Below, piece by piece: positions 29,178 to 39,599 of a DNA stretch of 64,000 nt. The translations under genes were made by a program, and so were the position numbers. The DNA comes from an uncultured Actinomycetota bacterium. Lineage in GTDB: Bacteria > Actinomycetota > Actinomycetes > S36-B12 > GCA-2699445. Below the pieces are notes generated by a model. It searched no databases. It saw only the letters and a list, made by a program, of their open reading frames with translations, and was not told the DNA's origin. Each line of letters starts with the position of its first letter. Within the stretch, counting starts at the first letter, position 1. The stretch spans positions 337,172 through 401,171 of the forward strand of contig CAVXYG010000012.1 of NCBI GenBank assembly GCA_963766005.1. Direction: 5' to 3'.

Positions 29178-30155
29178 GTGCGCCATGATCGAGGCGTGAA
29201 CGGCAGCATCGCGGTGGTCATCCCCACCCACAACCGGCCCGAGGGTGTCGCGGCGGCGCTGCGCAGCGTCGCCGCGCAGACGTCCCCGGCCGATGCGGTG
29301 GTGGTCGTCGACGACGGATCGCAGCCAGCCGTCGATCCGGCGTCTCTGGAGCGGATCGTGCCAGGGGTGACGGTACTGCGCAACGAGCAGGCTGCCGGCG
29401 GCAACGCGGCCCGCAACCGGGGCTGGCGGGCCTGCGCGACCGAATGGGTGGCGTTCCTCGACGACGACGATCGGTTTGCCCCGGGCAAGATCGCCGCACT
29501 GCGCGAGGCGGCGACGACCGACCCTGGGGCGGACGTGATCTACCACATGGCGTGGATCCAGATGGTCAACGAAGGATTCGGCTACAGCACAGCTCCGAAG
29601 GACCTCCGCACCAGCGACTCCGCCTACACCGACCTGCTCGTCGGCAACTACGTCGGCGGCACCTCGATGGTGTCCGTTCGCCGGTCGGTCCTGGCCGAAG
29701 TGGGCGGCTTCGACGGGGCGCTGCCATCGATGCAGGACTACGACCTGTGGCTGCGGCTCGCCCAGCACGGGGCCCGCTTCCATCTCATCCCCCAGGTCCT
29801 GACGCGCTACGACTACGTGACCGGGGGCACCCAGATCTCCACCGACGTGGACAAGCACTTCCGTGCGGCGGCGGCGATCGAGGCGAAGCATGCGGACGCC
29901 TACGCCCACCTCACCGAGGCCCAGCGGCGAGAGCACCGGGTCTTCGTCCTCAATGTCGCCACGCACCGTGCGCTGCTGGCCCACGACGCGCGGCTGGCCC
30001 GCAAGCTGCAGTGGCAGGTGCTGCGCACCACGCACAGCCCGAAGGCCGTGGCGGCCGCGGTGGTGACCATGCTCGGCCCGACGGCGGCATTCCGGCTGCG
30101 CAGCATGATGAGCCGCGGGCCGACAGCGGCCCGACCGGGTCGGAGGCGCCGATGA
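29178..30155 (+). CDS. Glycosyltransferase family 2
   Basis: IAVVIPTHNRPE...VVVVDDGS...AFLDDDD GT-A/GT2 motifs. Start 29178 (GTG) or 29196 is uncertain. Begins 19 nt after the acyl-CoA dehydrogenase stop. Confidence 0.8.
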   Translation: MRHDRGVNGSIAVVIPTHNRPEGVAAALRSVAAQTSPADAVVVVDDGSQPAVDPASLERIVPGVTVLRNEQAAGGNAARNRGWRACATEWVAFLDDDDRFAPGKIAALREAATTDPGADVIYHMAWIQMVNEGFGYSTAPKDLRTSDSAYTDLLVGNYVGGTSMVSVRRSVLAEVGGFDGALPSMQDYDLWLRLAQHGARFHLIPQVLTRYDYVTGGTQISTDVDKHFRAAAAIEAKHADAYAHLTEAQRREHRVFVLNVATHRALLAHDARLARKLQWQVLRTTHSPKAVAAAVVTMLGPTAAFRLRSMMSRGPTAARPGRRRR

Positions 30156-30925
30156 CCGCTCCGACGGTGTCGGTCATCACACCGGCGTACAACGCGGCCG
30201 CCTTCCTGCCCCAGCACCTGGCCTGCGTGCAGGCGCAGACCTGGCAGGACTACGAGCACATCGTGGTCGAGGACGGCTCGGGCGACGCCACGGCGGACAT
30301 CTTGCGCGACGCGGCCGCCGCCGATCCGCGGATCCGGGCCTTCTTCCAGGACAACGCGGGGGCGTCCGTGGCCCGCAACGCGGCGCTGGAGCAGGCATCG
30401 GGTCGCTTCATCGCCTTCCTCGACGCCGACGACCTGTGGCTGCCGCACAAGCTGGAACGACAGCTGGCTTTCATGCAGCGCGGGGGCTACGCCATGACCT
30501 ACCACCAGTACCGGACCATCGACGAGCACGGCGACCTGCTGAGCACGGCGCCGATCTGGATGCCCAAGCACGTGGACTACCGCGGGTACCTGCGGCTCAA
30601 CGGCACCATCGGAAACCTGACGGTGGTCATCGACAGGCAGCAGATGGGCGACTTCCGGATGCCGGAGGTCGGGGCCGAGGACTTCGCCCTGTACCTGCAG
30701 CTGCTGAAGCGGCACCCCGCGTACGGGCTGTTCGAGGATCTTGCACGCCACCGCGTCGTGGCAGGGTCGCTGTCGGCGAACAAGGGCGACGTCATCGGCG
30801 CCATCTGGAACATCTACCGCAAGCAGGAGGGGATCGGTGTCCTCCGATCCGCCGCCTACATGGCCCTCTACGGTGCCCGCGGCGTCTACAAGAACATCCG
30901 TCATAAGCGGCTCCAGCACCGCTAG
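30152..30925 (+). CDS. Glycosyltransferase family 2
   Basis: ATGA overlap with the previous GT2. VSVITPAYNAA...IVVEDGSGD...AFLDADD motifs. Confidence 0.82.
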   Translation: MTAPTVSVITPAYNAAAFLPQHLACVQAQTWQDYEHIVVEDGSGDATADILRDAAAADPRIRAFFQDNAGASVARNAALEQASGRFIAFLDADDLWLPHKLERQLAFMQRGGYAMTYHQYRTIDEHGDLLSTAPIWMPKHVDYRGYLRLNGTIGNLTVVIDRQQMGDFRMPEVGAEDFALYLQLLKRHPAYGLFEDLARHRVVAGSLSANKGDVIGAIWNIYRKQEGIGVLRSAAYMALYGARGVYKNIRHKRLQHR

Positions 30926-30997
30926 GCCGGCGCAGCCGTCGCCAGGATCGGCAGGCGGCGCCGGCTCCTTGCGGCGAGGGAGACGCGTCCGCGCCAA

Positions 30998-31765
30998 CTA
31001 CGCCAGGTTGATGGACTCCTCGTAGGCCTGGGTCACCTCCTCGACGTCGCCGTCCATCACCGCGATCCCGTTCTGCAGCCAGATCGCGCGCGTGCAGTTG
31101 GTGCGGATCTCCGCGGTCGAGTGGTGCACGAGGAAGACCACGCCGGCCTCGTCCTGCAGCTCCTGGATGCGCTTGCGGCTCTTGGCCATGAACTGCGCGT
31201 CACCGGTGGCCAGCGCCTCGTCGATCAGCAGCACCTCGGGCGAGAACGCGGCGCCGATCGCGAAGCGCAGCCGCGCCGCCATGCCCGAGGAGTAGGCCTT
31301 CATCGGCAGGTTGATGAAGTCGCCGACACCGGAGAAGTCCACGATGTCCTCGAACTTCGCCTCGATCTCCGACGGCTTCATCCCCATCGCCAGGCAGCCC
31401 AGCACCACGTTGCGCTCCCCGGTGAGGTTGTCCAGCAGGGCGGCGTTGACACCGAGCAGCGTCGGCCGGGAGTTGCAGTAGATCCCGCCCTGCGTGGCGG
31501 GCAGCGCGCCGGAGATGGAGCTCAACAGCGTCGACTTGCCCGAGCCGTTGGAGCCGATCAGCCCGATGGCTTCCCCGCGGCGCGCGACGAGGGAGACCCC
31601 CCGCACCGCGTGCACCTTCTTGATCTCCAGATGGTCGGGTTTCAGCCGCAGCCGTTGCAGCATCGTGCGATCGCCGCGCTTGGCGGTGGCGCCCCACACC
31701 CGGTACACGATGTGGACGTTGTCCACCACGACCAGGGGTTCGCCCACTTCCCTACGACTTGCCAT
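30998..31765 (-). CDS. Polysaccharide/teichoic-acid-type ABC exporter ATP-binding protein (TagH/Wzt-like)
   Basis: Walker A GSNGSGKST, YSSGMAARLRF signature, Walker B LLIDEAL. Confidence 0.85.
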   Translation of the reverse strand: MASRREVGEPLVVVDNVHIVYRVWGATAKRGDRTMLQRLRLKPDHLEIKKVHAVRGVSLVARRGEAIGLIGSNGSGKSTLLSSISGALPATQGGIYCNSRPTLLGVNAALLDNLTGERNVVLGCLAMGMKPSEIEAKFEDIVDFSGVGDFINLPMKAYSSGMAARLRFAIGAAFSPEVLLIDEALATGDAQFMAKSRKRIQELQDEAGVVFLVHHSTAEIRTNCTRAIWLQNGIAVMDGDVEEVTQAYEESINLA

Positions 31766-32705
31766 AGGAGTTCTCCCCGCGCCAGAAGAAGAGGAACGCG
31801 AGCGGCAGCGGGACGACCGCCCAGAACACGGCCAGGCCCCACATCAGCAGCGTGCCGTCCCCGCCGCCGGGCGTCAGCAGCGGATAGTCGGTCATGAGCA
31901 GGTTGCGGGTGATCTCGATGTAGACGAAGCCGGGGTTGACCGTCATGATCGCCGCGGCCCATTGCGGCATGCTGGAGAAGGTGGGTGCCAGCGGGAAGAC
32001 GGCGCCAGAGAGCATCAGCCATACCCGGGCGATGAACGGCACGAAGTTCTTGAAGTCGGTGATGGCGTTGCCGAGGCGCGCAGCGATGAACGCCAGCGAC
32101 AGGGCGAACATGATCTGCAGCCCGATCGCCATCGGCATCAGCAGCCAGGACGGTTTGGGCAGTTCGGCGGTCATGAGGACCACGGCGATCATGACGCCGA
32201 TGGCGACGAGCTGTTCCAGGAACTCCCGGTAGACCATGGTGAGCGGGAGGACTGCCCGCGGGAATTGCAGGGCCCGGACCAGACCCTCGTTGCCGGTGAT
32301 CGCGTTGGTGCCCGAGCTCAGGGACTGGGCGAGGAACTCCATGGTGAACACGCCGATGACGACGAAGGCGATGTAGTTGCCGATCTGCGCGCCCTGGTTC
32401 AGCACGACGCCGAAGATCAGCCAGTAGACCATGGCGTTCAGGGCGGGGTTGATGATCACCCACCACATGCCCAGCGAGTTCTGGTTGTTGGCCGCACTGA
32501 CCTGGGCGCGCGCGTAGGTCCGGATGAACTGCTGCCGCTGAACGGTCTCCTTGAAGTACCAGTTGAGCGGGATGCGGGAGTCGATCCGCTTCAGCCTGTA
32601 GCGGTCGATGATCGCCTTGGTGTCTTCGGGGTCCGGCGTCACCATCCCCTGCATCTGCCGTTCGTGGATGCCCCGCGAAGGCGACGCCTTGGGGATGTCG
32701 GACAC
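31752..32705 (-). CDS. ABC-2 type polysaccharide exporter permease (TagG/Wzm-like)
   Basis: GTG 32705 preceded by GGAGG at 8-nt spacing. Six predicted TM helices with an ABC-2 pattern. Overlaps the ATPase gene by 14 nt. Confidence 0.8.
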   Translation of the reverse strand: MSDIPKASPSRGIHERQMQGMVTPDPEDTKAIIDRYRLKRIDSRIPLNWYFKETVQRQQFIRTYARAQVSAANNQNSLGMWWVIINPALNAMVYWLIFGVVLNQGAQIGNYIAFVVIGVFTMEFLAQSLSSGTNAITGNEGLVRALQFPRAVLPLTMVYREFLEQLVAIGVMIAVVLMTAELPKPSWLLMPMAIGLQIMFALSLAFIAARLGNAITDFKNFVPFIARVWLMLSGAVFPLAPTFSSMPQWAAAIMTVNPGFVYIEITRNLLMTDYPLLTPGGGDGTLLMWGLAVFWAVVPLPLAFLFFWRGENSYGKS

Positions 32706-32829
32706 TGATCCAGCCTCCCATCGACGCGCACGGGTCCTCACCGAACACGGAGAGTCTGTCAGGATGCGCGCCAGGATGCAGTCACTGCCGCGAAGGTGTC
32801 CCCGGCCGGGGCGCTCCGCTGCGGCGGGT

Positions 32830-34311
32830 TCAGCTGGCGCAGAGGCTCTCGTCGGCCGTTGTCGGCCGCGGATCGGCACCCGTGCCCGCCGGGATCCGGG
32901 GGACCGAGACTGCTTGGACGCCGCTGAAGTTCGACCCGACGATCAGCTGGACCTGACCGGCGCCCACACCGGGGTCAGCCCGCAGGATGCTGCCGGGGAC
33001 AGCCTGGGCCACCGTCCGGGCCGCTTCGGCATCGGCCGGGTTGTGCACGACGACCGACTCCGGATAGGTGTCGGTCTCGGCGATGCTCAGCGCGCCGACG
33101 ACGAAGCCCTCCGAGGAGAGGCCCTGCGCAGCCTTCGTGGCGGCATTGTCGCGGCCGTTGCCGTTGGCGACCGCGACAACGATCTGGCTCGGAGCGACGG
33201 TGAGGACGGATTCGCCGGCCTTCACGGGTGCCGGCCAGGGCTCGTCGGCGGCGATCGCGGCCCAGATCTCGCCCGCCTTGGCGTCGTTGATGAGCACGTC
33301 CCTGCCGTCGGGGGAGTAGTCGAACGGCATCGTGACGAAGGAGATGTTCTCGGGGCGCAGATGACGCATGCTCTGTGCCATCGAGGCCATCTCGGTGATC
33401 TGGTCCAGGCCCGGGTCCACCGACAGCGAGGCGGTGGCGGCGTCGAGCATGCGGTACAGCGTCACCGGCTTCAGGATGAGTTCGCGGTCGGTTGCCTGAC
33501 GGATGGCCGAGGCGAGGAACTGGTGCTGGCGCTGGATCCGGTCGATGTCGGAGCCGTCGCCCAGGCTCTTGCGCGCCCGCACGAAGGCCAAGGCCTGGTC
33601 GCCGGTCACCGTGGACCAGCCGGCGGGCAGGTCCAGGCCGCTGTCCCGGTCGTAGACCGCTTCGGTGAGGCAGACATCGACGCCGCCGAGTGCCTCCACG
33701 ACGTGCTTGAAGCCGAGGAAGTCCACGACGACCGCATGGTGCACGTCGATCCCGGTCATGCGCTCCACGGTCGCGACGGTGCAGGTGGGGCCGCCGAAGG
33801 TGAACGAGGCGTTGAAGCGGTCGGTGACCTCCCACTGCCCGGAGTCCGACGCGCACTTGGGCATCGTGACGAGGGTGTCGCGCGGGATGGACACCACCAG
33901 CGCCCGCTCCCGGTCCCCTGACACGTGGACGAGCAGCGTCGTGTCGGAGCGCTCCCCGCTGATCTCTTCGGTCTCGCCGCCGACAGTGTTGCCGTCCGCA
34001 CGGCTATCGCTTCCCATGACGAGGAAGTTCACCGGCTCGTAGGAGGCGACCGGCTCCGCGAGCTCGAACCCCTCGATCGTCGTGACGTTGCCCTCCAGCT
34101 GCTTGGCCAGGTACCACACGCCGGTGAGCGCGGCACCGGCGATCAGGGCCAGCACGACCACCACGACGCCCACAACCCGGGGCCAACGGCGCGGGGCGGT
34201 GGCTGCCGGTGCTTCGGTCGAGGGGAGGGTGCCGGTCGTTCCGGGTCCGGCGTGGGACGCCTCGGACTCGCCCGCAGGCGTAGGCTCAGGCCCCGCGTCC
34301 GCTGGTGTCAT
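32830..34311 (-). CDS. LytR-CpsA-Psr (LCP) family cell-wall glycopolymer ligase with C-terminal LytR_C-like domain
   Basis: N-terminal TM helix. ERSDTTLLVHV, VVSIPRDT, DIDRIQRQHQFL motifs. ATG 34311 (or 34341). Confidence 0.88.
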   Translation of the reverse strand: MTPADAGPEPTPAGESEASHAGPGTTGTLPSTEAPAATAPRRWPRVVGVVVVVLALIAGAALTGVWYLAKQLEGNVTTIEGFELAEPVASYEPVNFLVMGSDSRADGNTVGGETEEISGERSDTTLLVHVSGDRERALVVSIPRDTLVTMPKCASDSGQWEVTDRFNASFTFGGPTCTVATVERMTGIDVHHAVVVDFLGFKHVVEALGGVDVCLTEAVYDRDSGLDLPAGWSTVTGDQALAFVRARKSLGDGSDIDRIQRQHQFLASAIRQATDRELILKPVTLYRMLDAATASLSVDPGLDQITEMASMAQSMRHLRPENISFVTMPFDYSPDGRDVLINDAKAGEIWAAIAADEPWPAPVKAGESVLTVAPSQIVVAVANGNGRDNAATKAAQGLSSEGFVVGALSIAETDTYPESVVVHNPADAEAARTVAQAVPGSILRADPGVGAGQVQLIVGSNFSGVQAVSVPRIPAGTGADPRPTTADESLCAS

Positions 34312-34407
34312 CGCCGTCCAATCCTTCCGAGCGCGCTGCAAGACTATCCGTGGTGTGGGCGGCTTCTCACCCGATATCGGACGGGCCGGTCGCCATTGCC
34401 GCTCTCC

Positions 34408-35136
34408 TCAGACGCCGCTGGCCGTTGCGTGGTTCCCTTCCTGCCGCGCGATCGATGTGGTGTCCGTCATGGTCGTGAGCACCACACTGCCCTCGACCGC
34501 AGCGGGAACCACGGCGGCCGCGAGCAAACCCTCGAGGGTCCGCGGGCTCAGGCTGCTCAGCAGGCGACCCGCCGGCGGCAGGCCCCACCGGAGGGCCAGT
34601 TCCTCGGCCCGATGCAGGGCCTCGGCACCGGTCAGGGATCCCGCCGGACCGACGAGCCATGGTTGGTGCGGCGGCGGCCAGCGCAGGGCAGCGGAGTCCG
34701 GCTGGCCCCGCACGAGCGCCGCGAGGTCGTCCCAGCCCTCCGGGGTCTCGGCCCCCAGCGGCAGGCCCCAGGGGTGCAGCGAGACCGCGCAGGCCTCCTC
34801 GACGCCCGGCGCCGCGCCGGGGTTCGCCGAGAGCGCCAGGACAGCGCCGGGCGGTGGCTGCGGTCCGAGCGCGACCGTCAGGCCCGCTGCCCAGGCGCCG
34901 ATCGCGAGGATCGGGGCCTGCCAGTGGCACGGGACATCGAGCCACGCGACGCTCCCCGGCTCCGCCAGCACTTCATCGGCGAAGAAGTTGGCCGCCTTGT
35001 GCACCGCGTTCGCCGCTGAGGCCGCAGACAACTCCACGCGGGCGCCATCGGCAGCGTAGTAGGTGATGATCGGTGCCGACGGGCTCTCCGAGAGCCATCG
35101 GAGCAGCCGGTCCCCGGGCGACGGTGTTGGCGACAC
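34408..35136 (-). CDS. Conserved actinobacterial hypothetical protein (resembles the TIGR03089 family, from memory)
   Basis: 242 aa, located between the LCP and ManC genes as in other actinobacteria. No catalytic motif recognised. Confidence 0.6.
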   Translation of the reverse strand: MSPTPSPGDRLLRWLSESPSAPIITYYAADGARVELSAASAANAVHKAANFFADEVLAEPGSVAWLDVPCHWQAPILAIGAWAAGLTVALGPQPPPGAVLALSANPGAAPGVEEACAVSLHPWGLPLGAETPEGWDDLAALVRGQPDSAALRWPPPHQPWLVGPAGSLTGAEALHRAEELALRWGLPPAGRLLSSLSPRTLEGLLAAAVVPAAVEGSVVLTTMTDTTSIARQEGNHATASGV

Positions 35137-35204
35137 GGCGCGACGCTAGCACCGGCCCGCCGCCATTACGGCCACCGCCCGGCCGGGTGTGTCACGGTAG
35201 GAGC

Positions 35205-36287
35205 GTGTTGGAAGCGATCCTGCTCGTCGGAGGCAAGGGCACCAGGCTGCGCCCGCTGACCGTGAACACTCCCAAGCCCATGCTGCCGGTGGCGGGCGTC
35301 CCCTTCACCGCCCACCAGATCGCACGGGCCCGTGCTGCCGGCGTCGGCCGCGTGGTCCTGGGCACTTCGTACCGGGCGGAGATCTTCGAGGACTACTTCG
35401 GCGACGGGGCACGCGCGGGCGTGGAGCTGCAGTACATGGTGGAGGACGAGCCGTTGGGCACCGGCGGCGCGATCCGGCATGCCGCAGCTGCGCTCACCTG
35501 CGGGCCGGACGACCCGGTGCTCGTGTTCAACGGAGATGTGCTCTCCGGCCTCGACATCTCGGCACTCGTGCGCCGGCACACCGAGGCGGACGCGGACGTG
35601 ACGCTGTACCTGACACGGGTGGAGGATCCGCGGGCCTTCGGCCTGGTGCCCACCGACGGGGCGGGGCGGGTGTCGGCGTTCCTGGAGAAGCCGCAGACCC
35701 CGGAGGAGATCGTCACCGACCAGATCAACGCCGGCTGCTACGTGTTCCGCCGATCGGTCATCGATGCGATCCCGACCGGCCGGCCGGTGTCGGTGGAGCG
35801 GGAGACCTTCCCCGGGCTGCTCGCCTCCGGGGCAACCGTGCTCGGCGTCGTCGATGATGCGTACTGGCTGGACCTCGGCACCCCCCTCGCCTTCGTTCAG
35901 GGGTCCACGGAGTTGGTCACCGGTCTCATCAGCTCTCCGGCCCTCCCCGGACCGACGGGGCAGTCCCTCGTCCTTCCCGGGGCGAGGATCGCCGCCGATG
36001 CTGTGCTGACCGGCGGCACCACGATCGGGGAGGACTGCGTGGTCGCCGAGGGCGCGGTCGTGGACGGTGCCGTCGTGCTCCCGGGCGCCAGGATCGGCCG
36101 GGGCGCCGTCGTGCGCGGCAGCGTCATCGGCGCCGGTGCCGAGATCGGGCCGGAGGCCGTGCTGGACGGTGTGGTCGTCGGGGACGGCGCTGCTGTCGGG
36201 GGCCGCAACGAGTTGCTCACCGGCGTGCGCGTCTTCCCCGGGCACCGCCTCGAACCGGGCGCGGTGCGATTCTCCTCCGACCAGTAG
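35205..36287 (+). CDS. manC: Mannose-1-phosphate guanylyltransferase / NDP-sugar pyrophosphorylase
   Basis: GTG 35205 after AGGAG. LLVGGKGTRLRPLT signature plus C-terminal left-handed beta-helix repeats. Confidence 0.85.
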   Translation: MLEAILLVGGKGTRLRPLTVNTPKPMLPVAGVPFTAHQIARARAAGVGRVVLGTSYRAEIFEDYFGDGARAGVELQYMVEDEPLGTGGAIRHAAAALTCGPDDPVLVFNGDVLSGLDISALVRRHTEADADVTLYLTRVEDPRAFGLVPTDGAGRVSAFLEKPQTPEEIVTDQINAGCYVFRRSVIDAIPTGRPVSVERETFPGLLASGATVLGVVDDAYWLDLGTPLAFVQGSTELVTGLISSPALPGPTGQSLVLPGARIAADAVLTGGTTIGEDCVVAEGAVVDGAVVLPGARIGRGAVVRGSVIGAGAEIGPEAVLDGVVVGDGAAVGGRNELLTGVRVFPGHRLEPGAVRFSSDQ

Positions 36288-36302
36288 CCCGGACCCGCCC
36301 AT

Positions 36303-37190
36303 TCAGCGGTGGGTCGGCAACGTGATGCGGGGGCCGAACCGAGGCTGTCTGATCCCGGACAGCTCGATCATGCGTACCGCCCGATATCGATGCCCGTCGT
36401 AGGGAGCGAGGAGCTCCAGCATCTGCTGATCGCTGCTGCGGGCCCGCCCGGTGAGCGCGTACCCCACGAGGTTGGCGAGGTGGTAGTCGCCCACACTGAC
36501 CGCATCGGCATCACCGAGCGCCCGGAATCCGACTTCCGCCATCGTCCACGGCCCGATGCCGCGCACTGCGGCCAGGCGGGCCCGGAGCGCTCCTGCGTCG
36601 TGGTCCGGGAGGCGTTGCCGGGCCAGGCGCAGCACGGCACCGGCGCGGGCATGGTCGACGCCGGCGCTGCGCCACCACCAGGAGGGGATGCCCGCGACGG
36701 TGTGCCGATCCGGGGCGACCCACATCCCCGTCGGGGCGGGCCCGGGGGCCGGCTCGCCGTGCTCCCGGCACAGCCGGAACCAGGAACGGCGCGACTCCAC
36801 GCCGGTCACCTTCTGCTCCAGGACCGCTTGGACAGCGGTCTGGAAGGCCAGCCCGGTGGCCGGTACTCGCCAATGCGCGCCGCGCACCCGCCACTGGCTG
36901 GCCACGACGCTGCCCGGCCGCGGGACGAAGCCGGCCGGATCGTCGGTGTCGCCGAGCAGGCTCGGCGCCCGCTCCAGCGCGGCTTCCGCTCCCGGCCCCC
37001 AGGCCTCGACCTGCACGGCGTCACCTGCCCGATGCAGGCGCAGCGTGGCCGCGGCATCGCTCCAGCGGCCGGTCAGCCACCACTGCTGGGCGCCGGTGCG
37101 ACGAGCCACGGGGTCGGCGGTGCCGCGCGTCAACGGGCCCAGGACGACCGAGAGGTCGATCGGCCACGACGGCCGCCAGATGCGCATCAC
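36303..37190 (-). CDS. DNA-3-methyladenine glycosylase II-like (HhH-GPD) protein
   Basis: HhH motif VRGIGPWTMAEV followed by the catalytic-Asp region VSVGDYHL. Confidence 0.75.
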   Translation of the reverse strand: MMRIWRPSWPIDLSVVLGPLTRGTADPVARRTGAQQWWLTGRWSDAAATLRLHRAGDAVQVEAWGPGAEAALERAPSLLGDTDDPAGFVPRPGSVVASQWRVRGAHWRVPATGLAFQTAVQAVLEQKVTGVESRRSWFRLCREHGEPAPGPAPTGMWVAPDRHTVAGIPSWWWRSAGVDHARAGAVLRLARQRLPDHDAGALRARLAAVRGIGPWTMAEVGFRALGDADAVSVGDYHLANLVGYALTGRARSSDQQMLELLAPYDGHRYRAVRMIELSGIRQPRFGPRITLPTHR

Positions 37191-37207
37191 CGTTCGATCC
37201 TGCCGAG

Positions 37208-38563
37208 TCAGCGCCGTAGGAGGAAGTCTGCCGCCGCACGTGGCGGCCGGGCCGTCGCCTCGGCCACCGGGTAGCCCACCGCTACCGCTCCGAGGGGCTG
37301 CCAGTCCGGCGGCAGATCCAGCACCTCGTGCACGACGTCGGGACAGAAGACCGTGGCGGAGATCCAGGCTGAGCCGAGCCCCTCCCCGGCCAGCGCTACG
37401 AGCAGGTTCTGCACGGCGGCTCCGCCGGCCACCAGGAACAGATCGCGCTCGAAGCCGTTGCGCCGGTCGTCGGGGTAGTCGTGGGCCGCGCCGGACAGGG
37501 CGAGGAACGGCAGCACCACCTCCGGGGCGCGGCGCAGGATGTCGCCCCGGGCCACCCGCTTGGCGATCGCGGCGTCCGGGTAGCCGTCGATGCTGCGCAG
37601 GTCCCGCTCCCAGCGCTCGCGCATCGCGTCGAGCAGGCCAGTGCGTCCCTGCGCATCGGCGAGGTGCACGAAGCGCCAGGGTGTCGTGTGGTGCGGCGCT
37701 GGCGCGGTGATGGCGGCGCTGACCGCCGCCTCGATCGCCTCCGGCGGGACGGGGCGGTCGGCGAAATGGCGGATGGTGCGGCGGTGGAACGGGGCCTCCC
37801 GGCGCCCTGCGGCCATCGCCTCGTCGGTGCCGAGGCGGAACAAATCGTCCCCGGCCTGCCGGACCAACGCTGCTGCGCCTGGGCCGTCGGCCTGCTGCAC
37901 GAGGTCGGCCAATCCGCGCACGACCGTCACTGGTCGCCCGGCGGTCTTCCCGGCGACCAGCTCGGCCAGCCCGGCGATCTCGTCGGCGACGGCGGGTTCG
38001 GTGACCCGCAGCGGGTTGCCGTAGGGATCGTGCTGCCCAGCCAGCGACACCAGGGGCGGCAGGCCGGCTGCGCCGATCGCGGAGTCGGTCTGGCCGCGCC
38101 GCCAGGCCCGGCCCAGCGTGTCGCTGATGACCACGGCAAGGCGCAGCCCGGTGGCCTCCTGCACGGCCGCCCGGATGGCCCGGGCATCGGCGTCCGGGTC
38201 GGGGGGCAGCGGCAGGCAGGTCCCGGCGGGCGTGTTGCTGGCGTCGACCCCGCCCGCCGCCAGCACCAGGCCGTGCCGGGTCCGCACGATCCGGGTCAGC
38301 GTGGCGCCCTGCGCGTCGCGGCGCTCGGCGACGATATCGGCCGTCTGCTCCTCGATCACTTCCTCGCGGGGCCGGTCGGTCACGAGGCCGGCCGCCTTCG
38401 CCACGATCTTGGACGTGACGACCAGGACGTCGCCGTCGTGCAGCCCGGTCGATCCGTCCGGCCAGGTCAGATGGGGAACCGCAGCCAAGACGAGGTCCGG
38501 GATGCTCGCCCCGGCGTCGACCTCGGGCATTCCCGGCAGCGCGACGGCCTGCAGCCGCGTCAT
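37208..38563 (-). CDS. fbiB: Bifunctional F420 gamma-glutamyl ligase / dehydro-F420-0 reductase
   Basis: CofE-like N-terminal half ([12 protein letters not shown]...AGGVDASN) and nitroreductase-like C-terminal half. ATGA overlap with fbiA. Confidence 0.88.
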   Translation of the reverse strand: MTRLQAVALPGMPEVDAGASIPDLVLAAVPHLTWPDGSTGLHDGDVLVVTSKIVAKAAGLVTDRPREEVIEEQTADIVAERRDAQGATLTRIVRTRHGLVLAAGGVDASNTPAGTCLPLPPDPDADARAIRAAVQEATGLRLAVVISDTLGRAWRRGQTDSAIGAAGLPPLVSLAGQHDPYGNPLRVTEPAVADEIAGLAELVAGKTAGRPVTVVRGLADLVQQADGPGAAALVRQAGDDLFRLGTDEAMAAGRREAPFHRRTIRHFADRPVPPEAIEAAVSAAITAPAPHHTTPWRFVHLADAQGRTGLLDAMRERWERDLRSIDGYPDAAIAKRVARGDILRRAPEVVLPFLALSGAAHDYPDDRRNGFERDLFLVAGGAAVQNLLVALAGEGLGSAWISATVFCPDVVHEVLDLPPDWQPLGAVAVGYPVAEATARPPRAAADFLLRR

Positions 38564-39531
38564 GGGCGCAGCTCCAGAGCGAACTCGTAACCGGCCCAGG
38601 CGAGGTCCTGCGCGGCCTCGGTGTCGGTCATGAGCAGCGCCCTGCTGCGCACCGCAATGCCCTGCCCGGGCAGCACGGCCGCGGCGGCCGCGTCCTGCGG
38701 CGCCACCATCCAGCCGTCGAGCAGGTCCGGTCCGTAGTGCTCCGCCACCGCTGTCGCGTCGGTCGGCACGCCGATGGCGCTCAGGCAGGCGTCCGCCATC
38801 CCCCGGACCGGGGCGCCGCCGACGATGGGACTCACCCCGACCACCGGCGCCAGCGCCGCGACCAGGGCATCCCTGATGCCGGGCACGCTGAGGATCGCGC
38901 CGATCGACACCACCGGGTTGCTCGGCGGCAGCAGGATGAGGTCGGCCTGCCGGATCGCCTCGAGCACGCCGGGGGCCGGTGTGGCCGTGGTCGCCCCGAT
39001 CTGGTGGAACGCCCGGGCAGGGACCTCAGCGCGCAGCCGCACCCACCACTCCTGGAAGTGGATGGCCTTGGTGCCGGTCTCCTCGTCGGGCACGATCACG
39101 TGCGTCTCCACCCGATCGTCGGTCATCGGCAGCAGCTGGACCCCAGGCTGCCAGCGCCGGCACAGGGCCTCGGTGATCGCGTGCAACGGGTAGCCGGCGG
39201 TGCGCAGTTGGGCGCGCACCAGGTGCGTGGCCAGATCCCGGTCGCCGAGACCGAACCAGTCCGGGCCGTAGTGGTAGGCCGCCAGTTCCTGCTTGGCTCG
39301 CCAGCCCTCATCGGCCCGGCCCCATCCTCGGTCCTCGTCGATGCCGCCGCCGAGGGTGTACATCACCGAGTCCAGGTCGGGGCAGATGCGCAGCCCGAAC
39401 AGGTCGATGTCGTCGGCGGTGTTGCCGATGACGGTGATCTCGGCGCCGGGCACGCGCTCGGCGAGGACGTCGCGCAGGGCACGGAGGAATCGGGCGCCGC
39501 CGATCCCGCCGGCCAGACAGGTGATCCGCAT
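38560..39531 (-). CDS. fbiA: 2-phospho-L-lactate (EPPG) transferase
   Basis: [19 protein letters not shown]... CofD family signature. 323 aa. Confidence 0.9.
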   Translation of the reverse strand: MRITCLAGGIGGARFLRALRDVLAERVPGAEITVIGNTADDIDLFGLRICPDLDSVMYTLGGGIDEDRGWGRADEGWRAKQELAAYHYGPDWFGLGDRDLATHLVRAQLRTAGYPLHAITEALCRRWQPGVQLLPMTDDRVETHVIVPDEETGTKAIHFQEWWVRLRAEVPARAFHQIGATTATPAPGVLEAIRQADLILLPPSNPVVSIGAILSVPGIRDALVAALAPVVGVSPIVGGAPVRGMADACLSAIGVPTDATAVAEHYGPDLLDGWMVAPQDAAAAAVLPGQGIAVRSRALLMTDTEAAQDLAWAGYEFALELRP

Positions 39532-39599
39532 CCTCCGATGGTCGCAAGCATCGCCGCGGCCGCCACACCTGGGCCGCGGTGCCGGTAGCGTCGGGGGGT

